Made by a program: the position numbers and the translations under genes | Assembly (NCBI GenBank): GCA_951406725.2 | Contig: OX597825.1 | Span: 85,808,001 to 85,872,000 of the forward strand | Source: Octopus vulgaris | Taxonomy: Eukaryota | Length of the DNA stretch: 64,000 bases | Reading direction: 5' to 3' | Shown: positions 1 to 14,021 of the stretch, piece after piece | Numbering within the stretch: the first letter of the stretch is position 1 | Layout of the letters: each line of letters opens with the position of its first letter | The notes under the pieces: generated by a model | What the model saw: the letters and a program-made list of their open reading frames with translations, nothing else | Databases searched by the model: none | What the model was told of the DNA's origin: nothing

Positions 1-19
1 ATTCATAAACACGTCAGTA

Positions 20-61
<42 letters not shown>

Positions 62-530
62 TATGCCTATGTATCTATATGCATAGATATGCATATATTT
101 ATATGTACATATATATATATATCTACCTATATATATATGTATATATATGTAAATATATATTATCTTTGATAAAGGATGGGCAAAGCATCGTTCTCGTTAC
201 TTTAAACTAAACAACTCACACAATAGACGAACGTGACTTCAGTCATGGACGTGTTCATGAAGTTTTTCTTCTTCTTCTTGCTACTGCTGCTGCTGCTCTT
301 GTTCTTGTTCTTGTTGTTACTGTTTGCTCCATATCTCTATGTATGGAAAGCTTTCAATACTTTCTGCATATCTTTTGTGATCTTCTGTGCTTCCATCATT
401 ACTAGCTGCAGAAAACGGTGCAACATGCATATGGATGTCGGACACGAACCGAAAGTAGAATGCAGAATGGCTGGCAAGTTTAATCGATCGGTGAAGGAAA
501 AAGAAAACGGAAACAAACACCACAAAGAAA

Positions 531-547
531 ACAACAGCAACAACAAC

Positions 548-612
<65 letters not shown>

Positions 613-833
613 TAACAATAACAATAACAATAACAATAATAATAATATTAATAATAATAATAATAATAATAACAACAAGAACAACAACAATAATAATAAT
701 AATAATAACAACAATAATAATAATAATAATAATAATAACAACAATAATAATAATAATGATAACAACAACAGCAGCAACAACAACAACAACAACAACAATA
801 ATAATAATAATAATAATAATAATACTAACAATA
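531..833. repeat. (AAT/AAC)n trinucleotide microsatellite
   Basis: Directly visible. It explains the poly-N/L/I ORFs at 233-871. Confidence 0.95.
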
Positions 834-1011
834 AAGAAATAGGTAAGAGACATCAATGGAGAGATGTTTAGCTTTATATGGAAATAAAGATATAAGACGT
901 GAAAGGAAGTAATTTTTGAAGAAAAGAAACGAGTTAAAACATCTTGAAAAGGAAATCTGGAAACAAAGGTAGCAGCATTTATTTACTGGGAATCACGTAG
1001 TTTATATATAG

Positions 1012-1054
<43 letters not shown>

Positions 1055-1099
1055 TGTGCAGCACTGAAAGCATGCACACACACACATGTATATATACAT

Positions 1100-1262
1100 G
1101 CAGAAGCGTTGGCACGCCAGGCGAAATGCTTAGCGGTATTTCGTATGTCTTTACGTTGTGAGTTCAAATTCCGCCGCTGTCGACTTTGCCTTTCATCCTT
1201 TCGATACAAATAGATAGGTTTAGTACCTAACAATTTCAGGCCTTGTGCCAAGAGAAGAAGAG
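1100..1262 (+). mobile_element. SINE family A, internally deleted copy
   Basis: gcagaagcgttggcacgccaggcgaaatgcttagcggtatttcg...gagttcaaattccgccg...gtcgactttgcctttcatcctttcg matches the copies at 33000, 43120 and 43490. The GAGTTCAAATTCC motif resembles a B-box. Confidence 0.8.
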
Positions 1263-1360
1263 AATATATATATATATATATACATATATATAAATTAGAA
1301 TGTATAAGCGCGGGGCATATACTGGATTGCCTCGTGTATATAAATTTAATATATGTTGTA

Positions 1361-1431
1361 CCTGCTGAAGAAGACTTCGCCTAGCAAATTATTTTATTTG
1401 CTAAAAAAAAGTCTGAAACCATTGGTCCAGG
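1361..1431 (+). ncRNA. Type I hammerhead ribozyme motif
   Basis: Stem I cctg/cagg; core CTGAAGA (1365-1371); stem II agactt/aagtct extended by a tagcaaat/atttgcta hairpin; GAAAC (1415-1419); palindromic stem III acca-t-tggt; GTC triplet, predicted cut after 1427. It lies in a ~375 bp unit (1293-1668) flanked on both sides by (TA)n. Confidence 0.8.
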
Positions 1432-2312
1432 AGTTAGATGGTAAATGTTTTTACTTTTCATTCCCTTCGAAGTTCATCCTTAATAGTAGTTTGGAATTTA
1501 ACTGTCCTCTCTAGCGTGCAAGGAGTCCTATGATGGATGCATCTTATGTGTTTAAATGTACCCTGTATTTATATGAGAAATATATAGTCTATTGACTAAA
1601 TGTTTACACGCTAGGCCACTTTTTATTGAAATTTCAAATATTTCTGATTATCCTTTGATATTATTAATTATATATATATATATATATATATCTGTACATA
1701 TAGATACGCACTTTTATTCACATGCATATGTATGTGTGTTAGTATGGTTATATCTGTTTGTGTGTGTGTGTGGAGAGAGAGAGAGAGAGATACTCAGGAT
1801 TCATCCCATTGCTACTCCATGTTTCTCGAGTTATCTATGTCCTTAGGTACACACACTCACAGACGGAGAAAGGAAACCGAGCCTAGTCAAGAGTCGATCT
1901 TTGTATCTACCATTTGCCGGGTGGTCGTGGTACCTTTCAAACCAAATGGAATCTCAACAAATTGTCCAGTCTAGATCACAAATATAAATGAGGCATTTTA
2001 TTTCGATGATCTGAGAAAAGCTAGGCACGTCTATCTCAAACATACATGCATACATATATTTACGTATACATACACTATATATACATATATATACAGGTGT
2101 GTGCGTGTGTGTCTGTGTGTATGTGTGTGTGTGTGCGTGTGTGTGTGTGTGTGTGCGTGTGTGTGAGCGTGTTTTGCATCATAGAGTTGCAGCCGCTAAT
2201 GCTCTCGGGTGGAAAATGTTTACGACAGTCGGAATCTTTTTGTCTCTTTTAAAAATATAGGACTTCCATTTAATATGCATACATATATACATATATAAAA
2301 ATATATATATAC

Positions 2313-2353
<41 letters not shown>

Positions 2354-2547
2354 TTCGTGGACACATACGTATTCATACATAAACACATAAAAAACATAAC
2401 TGTGTCAAAGCCATATATGGATTAATTTGTCTCGAATATTTTTGAAAACATCAACACAACCTGTTACGCTGTCTCTGACCATATACATACATATATCTCT
2501 CTATCTCTATATATGTGTATATATATATGCATATATGTATGTATGCT

Positions 2548-2578
<31 letters not shown>

Positions 2579-2670
2579 ATAAGTATATGTATATATGTAT
2601 ATATATATAAATAAAAGTATATATGTATATATATATATACATATGTATATATATATATGAGTGTGTATAT

Positions 2671-2713
<43 letters not shown>

Positions 2714-3325
2714 CACATGCGCACACATATATATGTATAAGTGTATGTAAATGCATAGGTTGTGCTTGTGCGTGTGTGTGCGTGTGTGTGCAAATGTAAA
2801 TGGAAAGTTTTTCACCATTGCAGATGCACAGTTATCGCGGGGTTTCTTTTATCGCTCTTGTGTGTAAAATATTCTTCAAATAAATGTCTCGCTCGCATCG
2901 AACAGTTACATAATAAATATTGCTTCATATTCTGTGTGTTCAATAAAATTTAATCAACACATCCTATAAAAACTATGAATTTATTGGCTGACAGTTCGAT
3001 GCCAAAGAAACTCTGCAGGATTAAACTTCTTTTGAAGTTGATTTTTCACTACCATTTTACGTTTATTCTGGAACTGACGACTCTGTGAGGGGTGGAGGTG
3101 GTGGGGAGCAGAATGTTGCAACAGGAAAGACATTTGGAGATCGATAGATGAAAAATATAGATAAATATTATAGGAAAACTTGCTATAGTGTGGAGAATAG
3201 ATATGCCTTTTGAATATCGAACACAAACACTCACGCTATATAGATCTACGCGTGTGTGTGCGTGTGTGTGAGTGTGCCAGATTGAATATATATAATGTGA
3301 GTGTATGTATTTATGTATGTATATG

Positions 3326-3360
<35 letters not shown>

Positions 3361-3473
3361 TCACATTGTGATGAATATCATCCATCGTGAAAAGAAACTT
3401 GGTTGTTGTTACCTTGAATATATCTTGTAAGACACATGTATGTATGCATTATGTATGCATGTAGGTATGTATG

Positions 3474-3781
3474 AAGGCGCGTGGCTTAGTGGTTAGGGTA
3501 CTGGGCTCGCGATCGTAGGGTCACGAGTTTGATTCCCGGCCGCGTGTTTTGTCCTTGAGCAAGACACTGTATTACACGTTGCTCTAGTCCACTCAGTAGT
3601 ACCTGCATTTCAAGGGACCAGCCTTGTCATACTCTGTGTCATGCTGAATCTCCCTGAAAAGTATGTGATGGGGTACGTGTGTCTGTGGAGTACTCACCCA
3701 CTTGCACGTTAATCTCGCAAGCAAGCTATTCCGTTGATCGGATCAACTGGAACCCTCGTCGTCGTAACCGACGGAGTGCCA
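3474..3781 (+). mobile_element. tRNA-derived CORE-type SINE (family B)
   Basis: tRNA-like head ggcgcgtggcttagtggttagg...gagtttgattccc (A/B boxes); CORE-like gtccttgagcaagacact...gctctagtccactcag; tail gtcgtaaccgacggagtgcc. Homologous copies at 6703-7033 and 54055-54362. Confidence 0.85.
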
Positions 3782-4296
3782 GATTATTTTTATGTATGTA
3801 TGCCTGTATATATGCTTGAATGTATGTATGTATGTATGTATGTGTATGTATGTGTACGTGCGTGTGTCAATATGTACGCATGTTTGAACATATGCATGTA
3901 CGTATGTATGTATACAGCATGTATACACGTACGCATGTATGTATGAAATGTATGACCGAATAAACGTATGAATGTATACGTGTGGGTGTGAGTTTCTGGA
4001 ATACTGTATCCGAGAGAGAGAAAAGGAAGAAGGAGAGAGAGAGAGGGAGAAAGAGAAGAGGGAGAAGGACATATTCATCGTGGTAGACACAGACGAACAG
4101 ACTGACAGACAAACAGAACATCTGGAAATTACTTCCACCCTCATATTTCCAACCCAGCACAATCGCAATTTCAGGCCCTGACGCCACACTATTCTTTGTC
4201 ACACGTGTAGGAGGAACAAGCAATATTCTTCACATAACACCTCTGTTCGCAGCAAAATACAGGTGTTTATATGTGCGTTTAATTCAGGACACGAAA

Positions 4297-4482
4297 TGAT
4301 GGTCTCTAGGAAAAAAAACACGGTATTGGCTGCTTATTTCTCTTGAGATTAGTCAAAGGGATGAAGACGTCTCTGATGAGAATCCAATAAGGTTCCAATA
4401 TCGATTGAAGATGTTCAGCATCTTTTCAATCTTTTCAATCTAGTTACTTTTGGCTTGTTCATATATCTACTACAGGGGTTAT

Positions 4483-4561
<79 letters not shown>

Positions 4562-4667
4562 CATATATATATATTGGATTCTCATCAGAGATGTCTTCAT
4601 CCCTTTGACTAATCTCAAGAGAAATAAGCAGCCAATACCGTGTTTTTTTTTCCTAGATACCATCATA
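4297..4667. repeat. Inverted repeat, ~92 bp arms (4297-4389 / 4572-4667) around a (CA)(TA) tract
   Basis: atgatggtctctaggaaaaaaaaacacggtattggc...gagaatccaata is the reverse complement of tattggattctc...gccaataccgtgttttttttttcctagataccatcat with few mismatches. Confidence 0.9.
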
Positions 4668-4669
4668 TG

Positions 4670-4729
<60 letters not shown>

Positions 4730-4879
4730 AATTAAGGACTGAACACGAAAAGGGACAGTCAACATGCTAGATATAGACGTCAAATCGTCATTCTCCACAA
4801 AAGATTATGTTCTCAGATCAAACTCAACACAAAACCATAGCAATAAACAAGTGAAAAATATACGAAATAAAATAATTAC

Positions 4880-4943
4880 CCATGTACTAACTTAGTTTCA
4901 GCTGTTATTTTCCGCAAGGAAAACTGCACCATCATCAGCATGG
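4880..4943 (-). ncRNA. Type I hammerhead ribozyme motif (mirror copy)
   Basis: Reverse complement of 4977-5041. It lacks one base in stem II (ggtg vs ggctg). Confidence 0.7.
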
Positions 4944-4976
4944 TCCGTTATAAATGTAAATTACATTTATAACGGA

Positions 4977-5041
4977 CCATGCTGATGATGGCTGCAGTTT
5001 TCCTTGCGGAAAATAACAGCTGAAACTAAGTTAGTACATGG
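4977..5041 (+). ncRNA. Type I hammerhead ribozyme motif
   Basis: Stem I ccatg/catgg; CTGATGA (4982-4988); stem II ggctg/cagct plus gttttcc-ttgc-ggaaaat; GAAAC (5022-5026); stem III actaa-g-ttagt; GTA triplet, predicted cut after 5036. Confidence 0.8.
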
Positions 5042-5280
5042 GTAATTATTTTATTTCGTATATTTTTCACTTGTTTATTGCTATGGTTTTGTGTTGAGTT
5101 TGATCTGAGAACATAATCTTTTGTGGAGAATGACGATTTGACGTCTATATCTAGCATGTTGACTGTCCACTTTTCGTGTTCAGTCCTTAATTGGTATATA
5201 TAAATATTTTAATCTTCGGATTCTTTTTTAATATGCTAGACCACTGGTCTTAATTGATAAATATCAATTTCTACCCTTAA

Positions 5281-5313
<33 letters not shown>

Positions 5314-5397
5314 CATACATACATATATATATATATATACAAATAGCCTGCCTGTCTGTCTGCTAATATATCTACAACAGAGGTTATGTATATATAC

Positions 5398-5468
<71 letters not shown>

Positions 5469-5542
5469 CGTGTGTGTGTGTATAAAGACAGACAGACAGA
5501 CAGGCAAGCGGGCAGGCGGGCGGACAGATTGACAGACAGACT

Positions 5543-5613
<71 letters not shown>

Positions 5614-6702
5614 TGATAGATAGATAGACAGATAGATGCATCTGCGCGAGTTTTGGCCGTATATTTCTGTGCGAAGACGACCAATAGAGTTGAACGGAAA
5701 TCATTAATGAGAAAGAAACATAGAAACACACCGAAGTTTCTGGAAAGAGATCGAATGAACAAAAAACGAAGAATGAAATAGAGAGAAGGAATGGGTAAGA
5801 AAGGCGATTAAGAACAAAAAAAAATGGGGCGACGAAAGTGAAGCACAACGTGTGTCTAATGGACACAATTTGAGTGGAAGTCAGTAATTAGCTCTCCGTG
5901 GAGAGTTTGTGGAACAAATTGAAAGTAACAGTTTGTCAATTTGGTTGCTGATAGAGTCTGACTTGTTCTTCAGCACAGAATTTCATTCTATTTCGTGTAG
6001 GGGGAGCTATCGGTGTATGAATACAGTTAATAAAAGATTTTGTAAACTTACTGGCCACACAAATTGTTGACAACTCTGTGTCTGAGACGGACAATTGTTT
6101 GGTCAGTGAGGGTTCAGAAAATACTATTGTTATAGAGGTCTGGATCTAATTTAAATCAATCTTGTGAGATGGAGTAAATTACAACGTGAGACAGAAGTAT
6201 TTCTTCGCTTAATTGGGAGAAAGAAAGAAACAAACAAAGTGGAAGTAAGCACTTCCAACATGATGTTGCTATAGTGACGTCACGAAAACTGAAGCGAAAT
6301 ATAATGTTGAAGTATGATAATATTGTCCTAAAACCAGAGTAAGATAGTCGGTGTAACACAATCGAGGTAACTTAAGGGTGGGATGCAATTTGGGTAACAC
6401 AACTGAGGTAACATATTTACTGTAACGTGGTAAGGATAAATATCCTATTACATCAAGATTGAACGAATTGGACTGTTGGACTGAGAATAACAACGTTATA
6501 GGATCGATTCCTGAAGTCGACAGCGTTTTTTAGGCAAAAACAATTTCGTATTTTTTTTTGTTTTGTTTTTGCTCAGCTTGCTCCAACCCATTCAATCGAA
6601 AGTGCGTTGCGTGTTCCGTTGAATGGTGTCAAGAAGGCCATTTGTCGAAAATCAGACATGTAAAACAGATCAATGGCCCTTGATGCTTGTAATGCAAAGA
6701 CT

Positions 6703-7033
6703 GGCATTCTGTCGGTTACGACGACGAGGGTTCCAGTTGATCTCTTCGATGGAATAGCCCGCTTATACAATTAATGAACAAGTGGCTGAGGACTCCACAG
6801 ATACGCATGCGCTTAACGTAGTTCTGAGAGAGATTCAGCGTGACACAGAATGTTACAAGGCTGCCCCCTTCCCCCTTTGAATTACTGGTACAACTCATTT
6901 TTGCCAGCTGGGTACAATGGGGACAAAGTGAAATAGAGCGAATTACTTAAAGACACAACGCTCCGCCGGGAATCGAACTCATGACTTTACGATCGTGAGA
7001 CCAATCCCCTAACCACTAAGCCACGCACCTTTA
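6703..7033 (-). mobile_element. tRNA-derived CORE-type SINE (family B)
   Basis: Reverse complement of 3474-3781 (cctaaccactaagccacgc head; gtcggttacgacgacgagggttccag tail). Confidence 0.85.
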
Positions 7034-7064
7034 CGCTAAAGTCCATACGATAATGATGATGATG

Positions 7065-7095
<31 letters not shown>

Positions 7096-7359
7096 CCATC
7101 AGCAGCAGCAGCACCATCATCATCATCATGACGACGACGATACTAATTACATCAACGTAGAACGTGAGACTAAAAGTCAACCGAAACCGCTGATATTCCT
7201 ATCAAATTCTAAACCCAAATAATGGCGGACGATTAAAATGAAAGAAGTTATAATTAAATTGACACGTTATAGAGTTTATCAATCGATAATTAACCGTTAT
7301 TAAATAATTATATATTTATTGGACAGTCAGAAGTTTTGCAACGTGTAGAATGACGGCGT

Positions 7360-7535
7360 AGACGATGGAGCCTCTAATCGATCTCTCGACTTGCTAGAAT
7401 TGGCAGTTAAATTGCCTTCAAATTATCAAAAACAAAACATAGATGTATAGATGATGTTTAGTCGTTCTGTCGACTAAATGCATAACGACGGTCAACTGGA
7501 CGGGGACTGACCAGGGGCTACACAGCAGCAACAGT
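7360..7535 (+). mobile_element. Dispersed repeat family E (probable retroelement 3' end with (CAA)n-like tail)
   Basis: cttgctagaattggcag...ctgaccaggggctacacagcagcaac. Related copies at ~9070-9260, ~18040-18230, ~26880-27110 and ~35190-35360 (-). Confidence 0.5.
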
Positions 7536-7629
7536 CGTGAACACTCTTCAAAAGTCATCTTTTTGTTTTATTGGTTTTATTTTGATTCGTCAGGGGTGAG
7601 GAGGAGAAAGAACGACACCATGATAAGGG

Positions 7630-7820
7630 TTTCAAATGTTGATACAAGACCAGCAATTTGAGCGGGTGGGGACAGGCCTTCAACTTCTTATTTCGTCAAC
7701 TCCGAAAGGATGAAAGATAAAGTCGACCTCGGCGGGATTTGAACTCAGCGCGCAAAGACCGGCGAAATGCTACTAACAATTATGTCCAGCATCCTAACGA
7801 TTCTGCCAGCTCGCCGCCTT
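7630..7820 (-). mobile_element. SINE family A copy
   Basis: ccgaaaggatgaaagataaagtcgacctcggcgggatttgaactcag...ctaacgattctgccagctcgccgcc. Confidence 0.8.
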
Positions 7821-7852
7821 AGAGTGACACCATTAATATTAGCGTGTCTTTG

Positions 7853-8070
7853 TATGTCTCCTACCATTCGGGTACTCACCCATATGTCTTCCACTATTGC
7901 TGTACTCTATCATATGTCCTCTACCATCGGTGTACTTACTCTCCCATATGTCCCCAAGCGTTGTCGTGCCTTCTTATATTATCCCTAACATCGAAGCTTC
8001 CTCTTATATAAGTCCTGCTACCAATGTACTCTACTAGGCGTCCTCTACCGTTGCTGTACTCTCATATCCA
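7853..8070. repeat. Degenerate ~30 bp minisatellite
   Basis: Repeated atgtc(c/t)tctacc(a)ttgctgtactct..cat units. Confidence 0.65.
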
Positions 8071-9965
8071 CCACCCCAAATACCAGTCTGTCCTTCCGAT
8101 TTTCCCCTAACGTGCTGGTGATTTCGGAACCGTCCATATTCAGCTGAATCTCTGAAATCGATATTAGAGAAAGAAGTTCGATTTGTCACGGTTATTAGAG
8201 TTATGATTATTGAATATTTCACTGATCCTGTTATCAGCTTTAGACGTTTGGTGACATGGAGAATAAAATGCGAGGAATTAATAGCGATTCTTTTGTGAAA
8301 TTTCTGATAGGTCTGTTACAAAAGGACTTTAAAGCAAAATGGAATGATATCCATTTTATATGAACAATTGTTAAATTCTTTAAAGATGTCAGAGCTCTCA
8401 AGATATGTTCATTATACGAACTAATTTTAAAATGGCGTAGTTAGTGAGTGTGTGGGGGGGTGTACATTCATACAAATATATTAATAAGTATATACTTTTA
8501 AATATTTACTAACATATATTCATTCACACATAAAACCAGATAATAAATATGTTCACATAAAGACACATACGAAGACCAGCACAAACACGCGCGCGTATAC
8601 ACGCGCACACATATACACACCACCATCGCCGCCGCCGCCACCACCACCACCCACACCTACACCTACACATACACATACGCATATTCTTGACTGAAAAAAA
8701 TATTGCTTCCAAGACCTGAAGTACCGAGTATAAGACATCACGTGATCAGTAACGACGATTGCCATCTTGATTGTTTTTCGAGTGCCCGCTATCAGCGAGT
8801 CGGGTCGAAACGGTAAATATGTTCTCCTAGACACATGTATTCAGTTAATATCGATCCTGTTGCGTACAAATGGTGATACTGATTTGACATGTTAATCGAA
8901 GCTAATTGTACATTAAGCCACAAATAGATATGAGCACGGTTTCGATTCTCCCTATATTTACACGCCCCGGCTATACCGACCTTGTTCAACATTATTTAAA
9001 TTAGGAATTTTGATTACTATTAGAACATCGAAAACGTTTATACGCGAAAATACAAGCCATGGGAAACTCTAGGTGGCAACTCAGCCCGCTTGAAATACTA
9101 GCCAGATTTCCTCAAGTTACATTCTGCTGTTTTCTTTTTCAAGGGAACGCTCGACAATGTTCTTGAGATATTAAAAGAAAATAAGACAAGATGGGCATAA
9201 CTGGGACGCCTTTGATTGCCAGTCTGCCTAATTATGACTGACCTGAGGTCAAACAACAGAACGGGAGACTAGTTCAACCAGTTGCCAAGCACACTGCTGT
9301 CTTGGAAACAGAAACTCATTAATGTATCACTACTATTGTGGTTTTCATAATAACTGGACCCATTGATATGCACTGGAGTAGGCAATCTCGACAAAATTCT
9401 TATTATATTTTGAATTTAAAGAACAATTCCTGCTGTTGTAAAATAGAACGCACTGGAAGCATTATTTCAACGCAGAGCAACGTGAAGTATAATAATACTT
9501 TCTGGTCAGTACTTGGATGTCCGAGAAATTCTTGTAGCAGTTTTCTTTTTGTTTTGTTTTTTGTGAAAAATCGTTCGTAATGAAGTTTCGCTGTTGCTTG
9601 ATCAATTTCTGTTCAAACATCCTCCTTGTCATTAGTGGCTGTTTATGATCGGAGCGGATCAAATGAAAAGCAACAATTGACTTGCTTTATTAAATAAGAA
9701 TGCAATAATTTAATAATAATGTACAAATGATTTTCTTATATAAACAAATATATACACCCACTTAAACACACTTTCTATATGATCGTAAAGTAAACACGGA
9801 TATATGGTACAGACATAATGATATCGCCGTTGTGGCTTTTGGCACCCTCTGCAGTCGGTGTTCATAGTACAATCGGTTTTTTATCCACAACGGTTTTTCA
9901 GAGACAAACTTCATTACATTGTTATCAAATGCATTTGCTCTGTGTCAACATAATGTAATAAAGTG

Positions 9966-10062
9966 TTCCGATGGAGAACCATTGTGGATCTGCATCAAAG
10001 TGCAGAATGAATAACCACTGTAGAGGATGCAAATATCTACAATGGCGAAACGTTTGTAGGAA
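9966..10062 (+). ncRNA. Degenerate hammerhead motif
   Basis: Stem I ttcc/ggaa; long stem II ccattgtggat/atctacaatgg; CGAAAC-gttt-GTA. The 5' core is mutated (gatggag instead of CTGATGA). Confidence 0.4.
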
Positions 10063-10107
10063 ATAAATGATATAAACTGCAACCTCTGTTTATCATATTT
10101 ATTCCTA

Positions 10108-10870
10108 TACGAGGTGCATTCAAAAGTTTTTTCTCAACAAACTAATACCAAGGTGCGGTTCAAAAGTATTTTTCCCACTATGTGGTCAAAATCCTTTGGA
10201 TGAGTAGTGGCGTCCGCCTTGCTGCACATACGTGAACATTTTCGTGCCAATAAAGTGCGTCGGTTTCCGGCTGTCACGCCGAGAGTACAGACGTGTAGTG
10301 CGCGCTCGTCATATTTTCGTTTTCACACAAGATGATCGAACGCATCGAGCAGAGATACTACATCAAGCTTTGCCAAAAGTTTGCTGCTACTCAAGCTGAA
10401 ACCATCCAGAAGATTCGGCAGGCCTTTGGCGATAAAGTCATGCACAAAACGCTTCAAACATGGCCGCAGATCAGTGGAGAGCGAGGCACGCTTAGGCAGG
10501 CCATCCGCAAACTGAAACGAAGAACCGAATGAGAGAACTCAGCGAATAGTCATACACGACCGCCATGTAGCAATACAATCCAGGGAATTACTCACGAAGT
10601 GCGAATAAGGACACGATCACTGCATTCCGCTTTAAGGGAGGGTTTGTGCATGCAGAATGTGTCGGCAAGAGAATGAATGAAAGACTTTTTGAACGTACCT
10701 CACAATCCAACCTTTCCTGGTCAAGAACAGCACATCACTCGCTCGACAGAGTCCCTACTCTCCTGACATGGCGCCATGTGATTTCTGACTCTTCCCCAAA
10801 CTGAAAACCACGCTGAAAAGGAAACGATTCGAGTCGCGTGAAGAAATTATGAGAAAAACAACATGGGCTG
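10108..10870 (+). mobile_element. Decayed mariner (Tc1/mariner) DNA transposon
   Basis: TA plus TIR-like cgaggtgcattcaaaagt (duplicated at ~10146); N-terminal EQRYYIKLCQK...AETIQKIRQAFGD; C-terminal PYSPDMAPCDF*LFPKLKTTLKRKRFESREEI at ~10753-10850 (the mariner YSPDLAPxD motif). Frameshifted and internally deleted. Confidence 0.85.
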
Positions 10871-11446
10871 ACTGGTGTTGCTATAGCAACCAGTCTACTT
10901 CATGCCATTCCTTGATTATGAGAACTGCCTCAAAAATCTTAGAATCTGTTCCCTTCAAAGGTGCTCTGAACTCTACATCATATGTTCAATATAGAAAGAT
11001 GCCAACAGCAATACGCAAATCAACATAAACCTAAAGATCATTTCAGTCAAGACTGAGACACTGTACCAGTCATGCCCCACACATAAATCAGACTCACGGC
11101 GCATAAAAATATTACGATCCATTTATCTGACTTCGACCAGCCCACCGGCTTTTTTTCACGATGTCCCTAAACAAAACAGACATGACAAATTGCTACAAGG
11201 GATACAAGACAACCTACCTGTACCAGGGTGCGTTTCGACTAACAACAATTCTTTACTTCAGTGGACTATGGCGGCACAAAATATAACCAGGTGGCGCTAT
11301 AATGTTGGGCATAGCCTGGTTAATACTGGTCAAACCATATCGAAGTTTAGAGTTGTGTGTATATGTGTATATGTGAGTATATACATGTGCATGCGCACAC
11401 ATACATACAAATACACACACGCACATACATATGTATGTGAGACTAG

Positions 11447-11640
11447 AAGAACAGCCAACTACTGATGAAGGGTCGTTCTTTATGTTGCTTGATTTGTTTT
11501 CCATTTGTGTCTTTCGTTGTCCGAAAGAATATTCCATGTTCCATGTACTCGTGGTTCGTACTTTTTGTTGTACACGTTTCGTGACGTCCTGAGTCCACAT
11601 ATGCATATTTATATACGTATAGATGTAATTATGTAGATAT
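11447..11640 (+). mobile_element. Dispersed repeat family F (TA-associated)
   Basis: gagactagaagaacagccaactactgatgaagggtcgttcttt...gtacacgtttcgtgacgtcctg is homologous to 51240-52135. Confidence 0.75.
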
Positions 11641-11642
11641 AC

Positions 11643-11749
<107 letters not shown>

Positions 11750-11888
11750 ATGTACTTATATACTTACACACATACCACATATATATATATATATATGTGT
11801 GTGTGTGTATGTATATACATAGATAGATATATACTTTATGTAAATGCACACACACACATATATATATATATGTATTTATATATATGTA

Positions 11889-11980
<92 letters not shown>

Positions 11981-12229
11981 TGTTTGTTTACCATCTCGTT
12001 AGACTTTCGTAGAATTATTCAAATGGCTTTCTAGATTCCATGTAAATGGCTAAAACATCCAACATTCAATTAGAGACATTTTTCGAAAATATATATTTTA
12101 TTGGCCGTTCTCCATGTTTCATTTGTTGTACTTCTATTTTTTCCATTATTTCTTTCACAAAGTAATTCCTTCCCTCCACTGCTATTATTGTTATTATCAT
12201 TATTGTTGTTGTTATTATTATTATCATTG

Positions 12230-12267
<38 letters not shown>

Positions 12268-12304
12268 GTTATTATTATTATTATTACTACTACTACTACT
12301 ATTT

Positions 12305-12378
<74 letters not shown>

Positions 12379-13187
12379 GTTCAGCATCATTATGGTATCC
12401 TACAGCAAACTCTGTGTTGCATTTCTCTACATAGAATCAGGAAATACAATAAATAAAGCCAGAGATATGAAATAATGGCAAAAACTTGCTGTTAGGCGAT
12501 GCTAAAACCTAGAATTGTGTTGTTGTAAAGAATATTAATGCAGAGTTCTGAAGCAATTTTCCAATTGCAGCTTGGCAATACGCGTCGCTATAAAATATAC
12601 CTGGAACATTCTATCTTTCGCCTTCACTGCTCTCCATCTCTATCCCTTCCTCTCTCGCTCTCTCCCTCTTCCTTTCTCCCTCGCTCTCTCTCTTCCTCTT
12701 CTTCACTCCCTCACTTTCCCTCCTTCTCTTCCTCACTTCCACTCTCTACTTCTCATTTTCTATTCTAGTCTCTCTCTATCCCTTCCTCTCTCCCTCTCTT
12801 ACTCCATTTCTCTCTCTCTCTCTCCAGTGTTCTTTCTCTCTCTCTCTCTCTTTCTCTCTGTTCTGATATCCGTGTTAGCATTCCTACTTACTTGTGTGTG
12901 TTTGTGTTTGTTGGTGTGTATTTGTGTGTATTTATGATTGTCATTCTATGTGTATGTCATTGTGTGCGCTGGACTCCATTGTGCGCATGCGTTAGTACTG
13001 GCATGTGTATTTGTATTCTATAGTACATGTATGTGTATATATGTGCATCATTGTGCACGATATAAATATGTATGTGCGTGTGCATTTATACACACACATA
13101 TGTAAATATATATATATGTACATATGTATATATATAAATATATATATATATGTATGTATGTATATACATATATATATATATATATAA

Positions 13188-13268
<81 letters not shown>

Positions 13269-13940
13269 CATGTATATATATACACCCTTCTGCGTGCCTG
13301 TCACAGCAATCACTTTTATCATTCCGCTCCGGTTCCCTCTAATGGTGTCAAAGAATCTTTCGCCGCAATCTTCTCCATTTTACTTCAATCTCATAAGGAA
13401 TCGATCAAGCCTCATCACTAAAAATGTCCATTACTAAGGAAATTGGCTTGTTACCTATCCATACCGGTTTCCTTAGCTAACAGCTCACCATCTCACCTCA
13501 CTTTAAAATACAATCGTATCGCCATCCACCCCAGCACTAAAAATACAACCTTACACCGCACCGCACCACAAAATCTACCTCTATTAACCATTATTCTTTA
13601 TTAACTCCACCTTATCATGCCTCCTCACCTCACCCGACACCCACCGAGGCCATCCAATGAATATCTCTCACTATATTTTTACCATTCGTTTTCGTTAATA
13701 ATCTTTGATTTATTACACAACGGTTAAGGAATCAATCACACTCCGTGGTACATCACTCTTTCATGCTTTCTTACTTTCTACGAACTCTCACCGATTCTGC
13801 TTTGGATTGCAAATGGGAATTCCTTTTGATAAATGCGCTCTGTGGATTTCCAAATTAGACCTATTATACAATCGTATATACATGCATATATGTATGTGTA
13901 TGTGCGGTGCGTGTGTGCGGCGTGTGTGTGTGTGTGTGCG

Positions 13941-14021
<81 letters not shown>

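Larger units (their letters stand above)
4720..5202. repeat. Near-perfect palindrome, ~240 bp arms centred on 4960
   Basis: The centre reads ttataaatgtaa-a-ttacatttataa. Arms match out to tataccaattaaggactg / cagtccttaattggtata with about 2 indel/mismatch sites. Confidence 0.95.

Noticed and set aside
3474-3548. tRNA gene
   Set aside because: The tRNA-like head continues into a shared SINE body found in three copies, and there is no intact cloverleaf or terminator.
4373-4430. Hammerhead at CTGATGAgaatc...gattGAAG
   Set aside because: The GAAA core is altered and no stem I pairing was found, so it is not counted as an HHR.
7853-8070. CRISPR-like array
   Set aside because: Contiguous degenerate tandem units without unique spacers, in a eukaryotic context with no cas genes.
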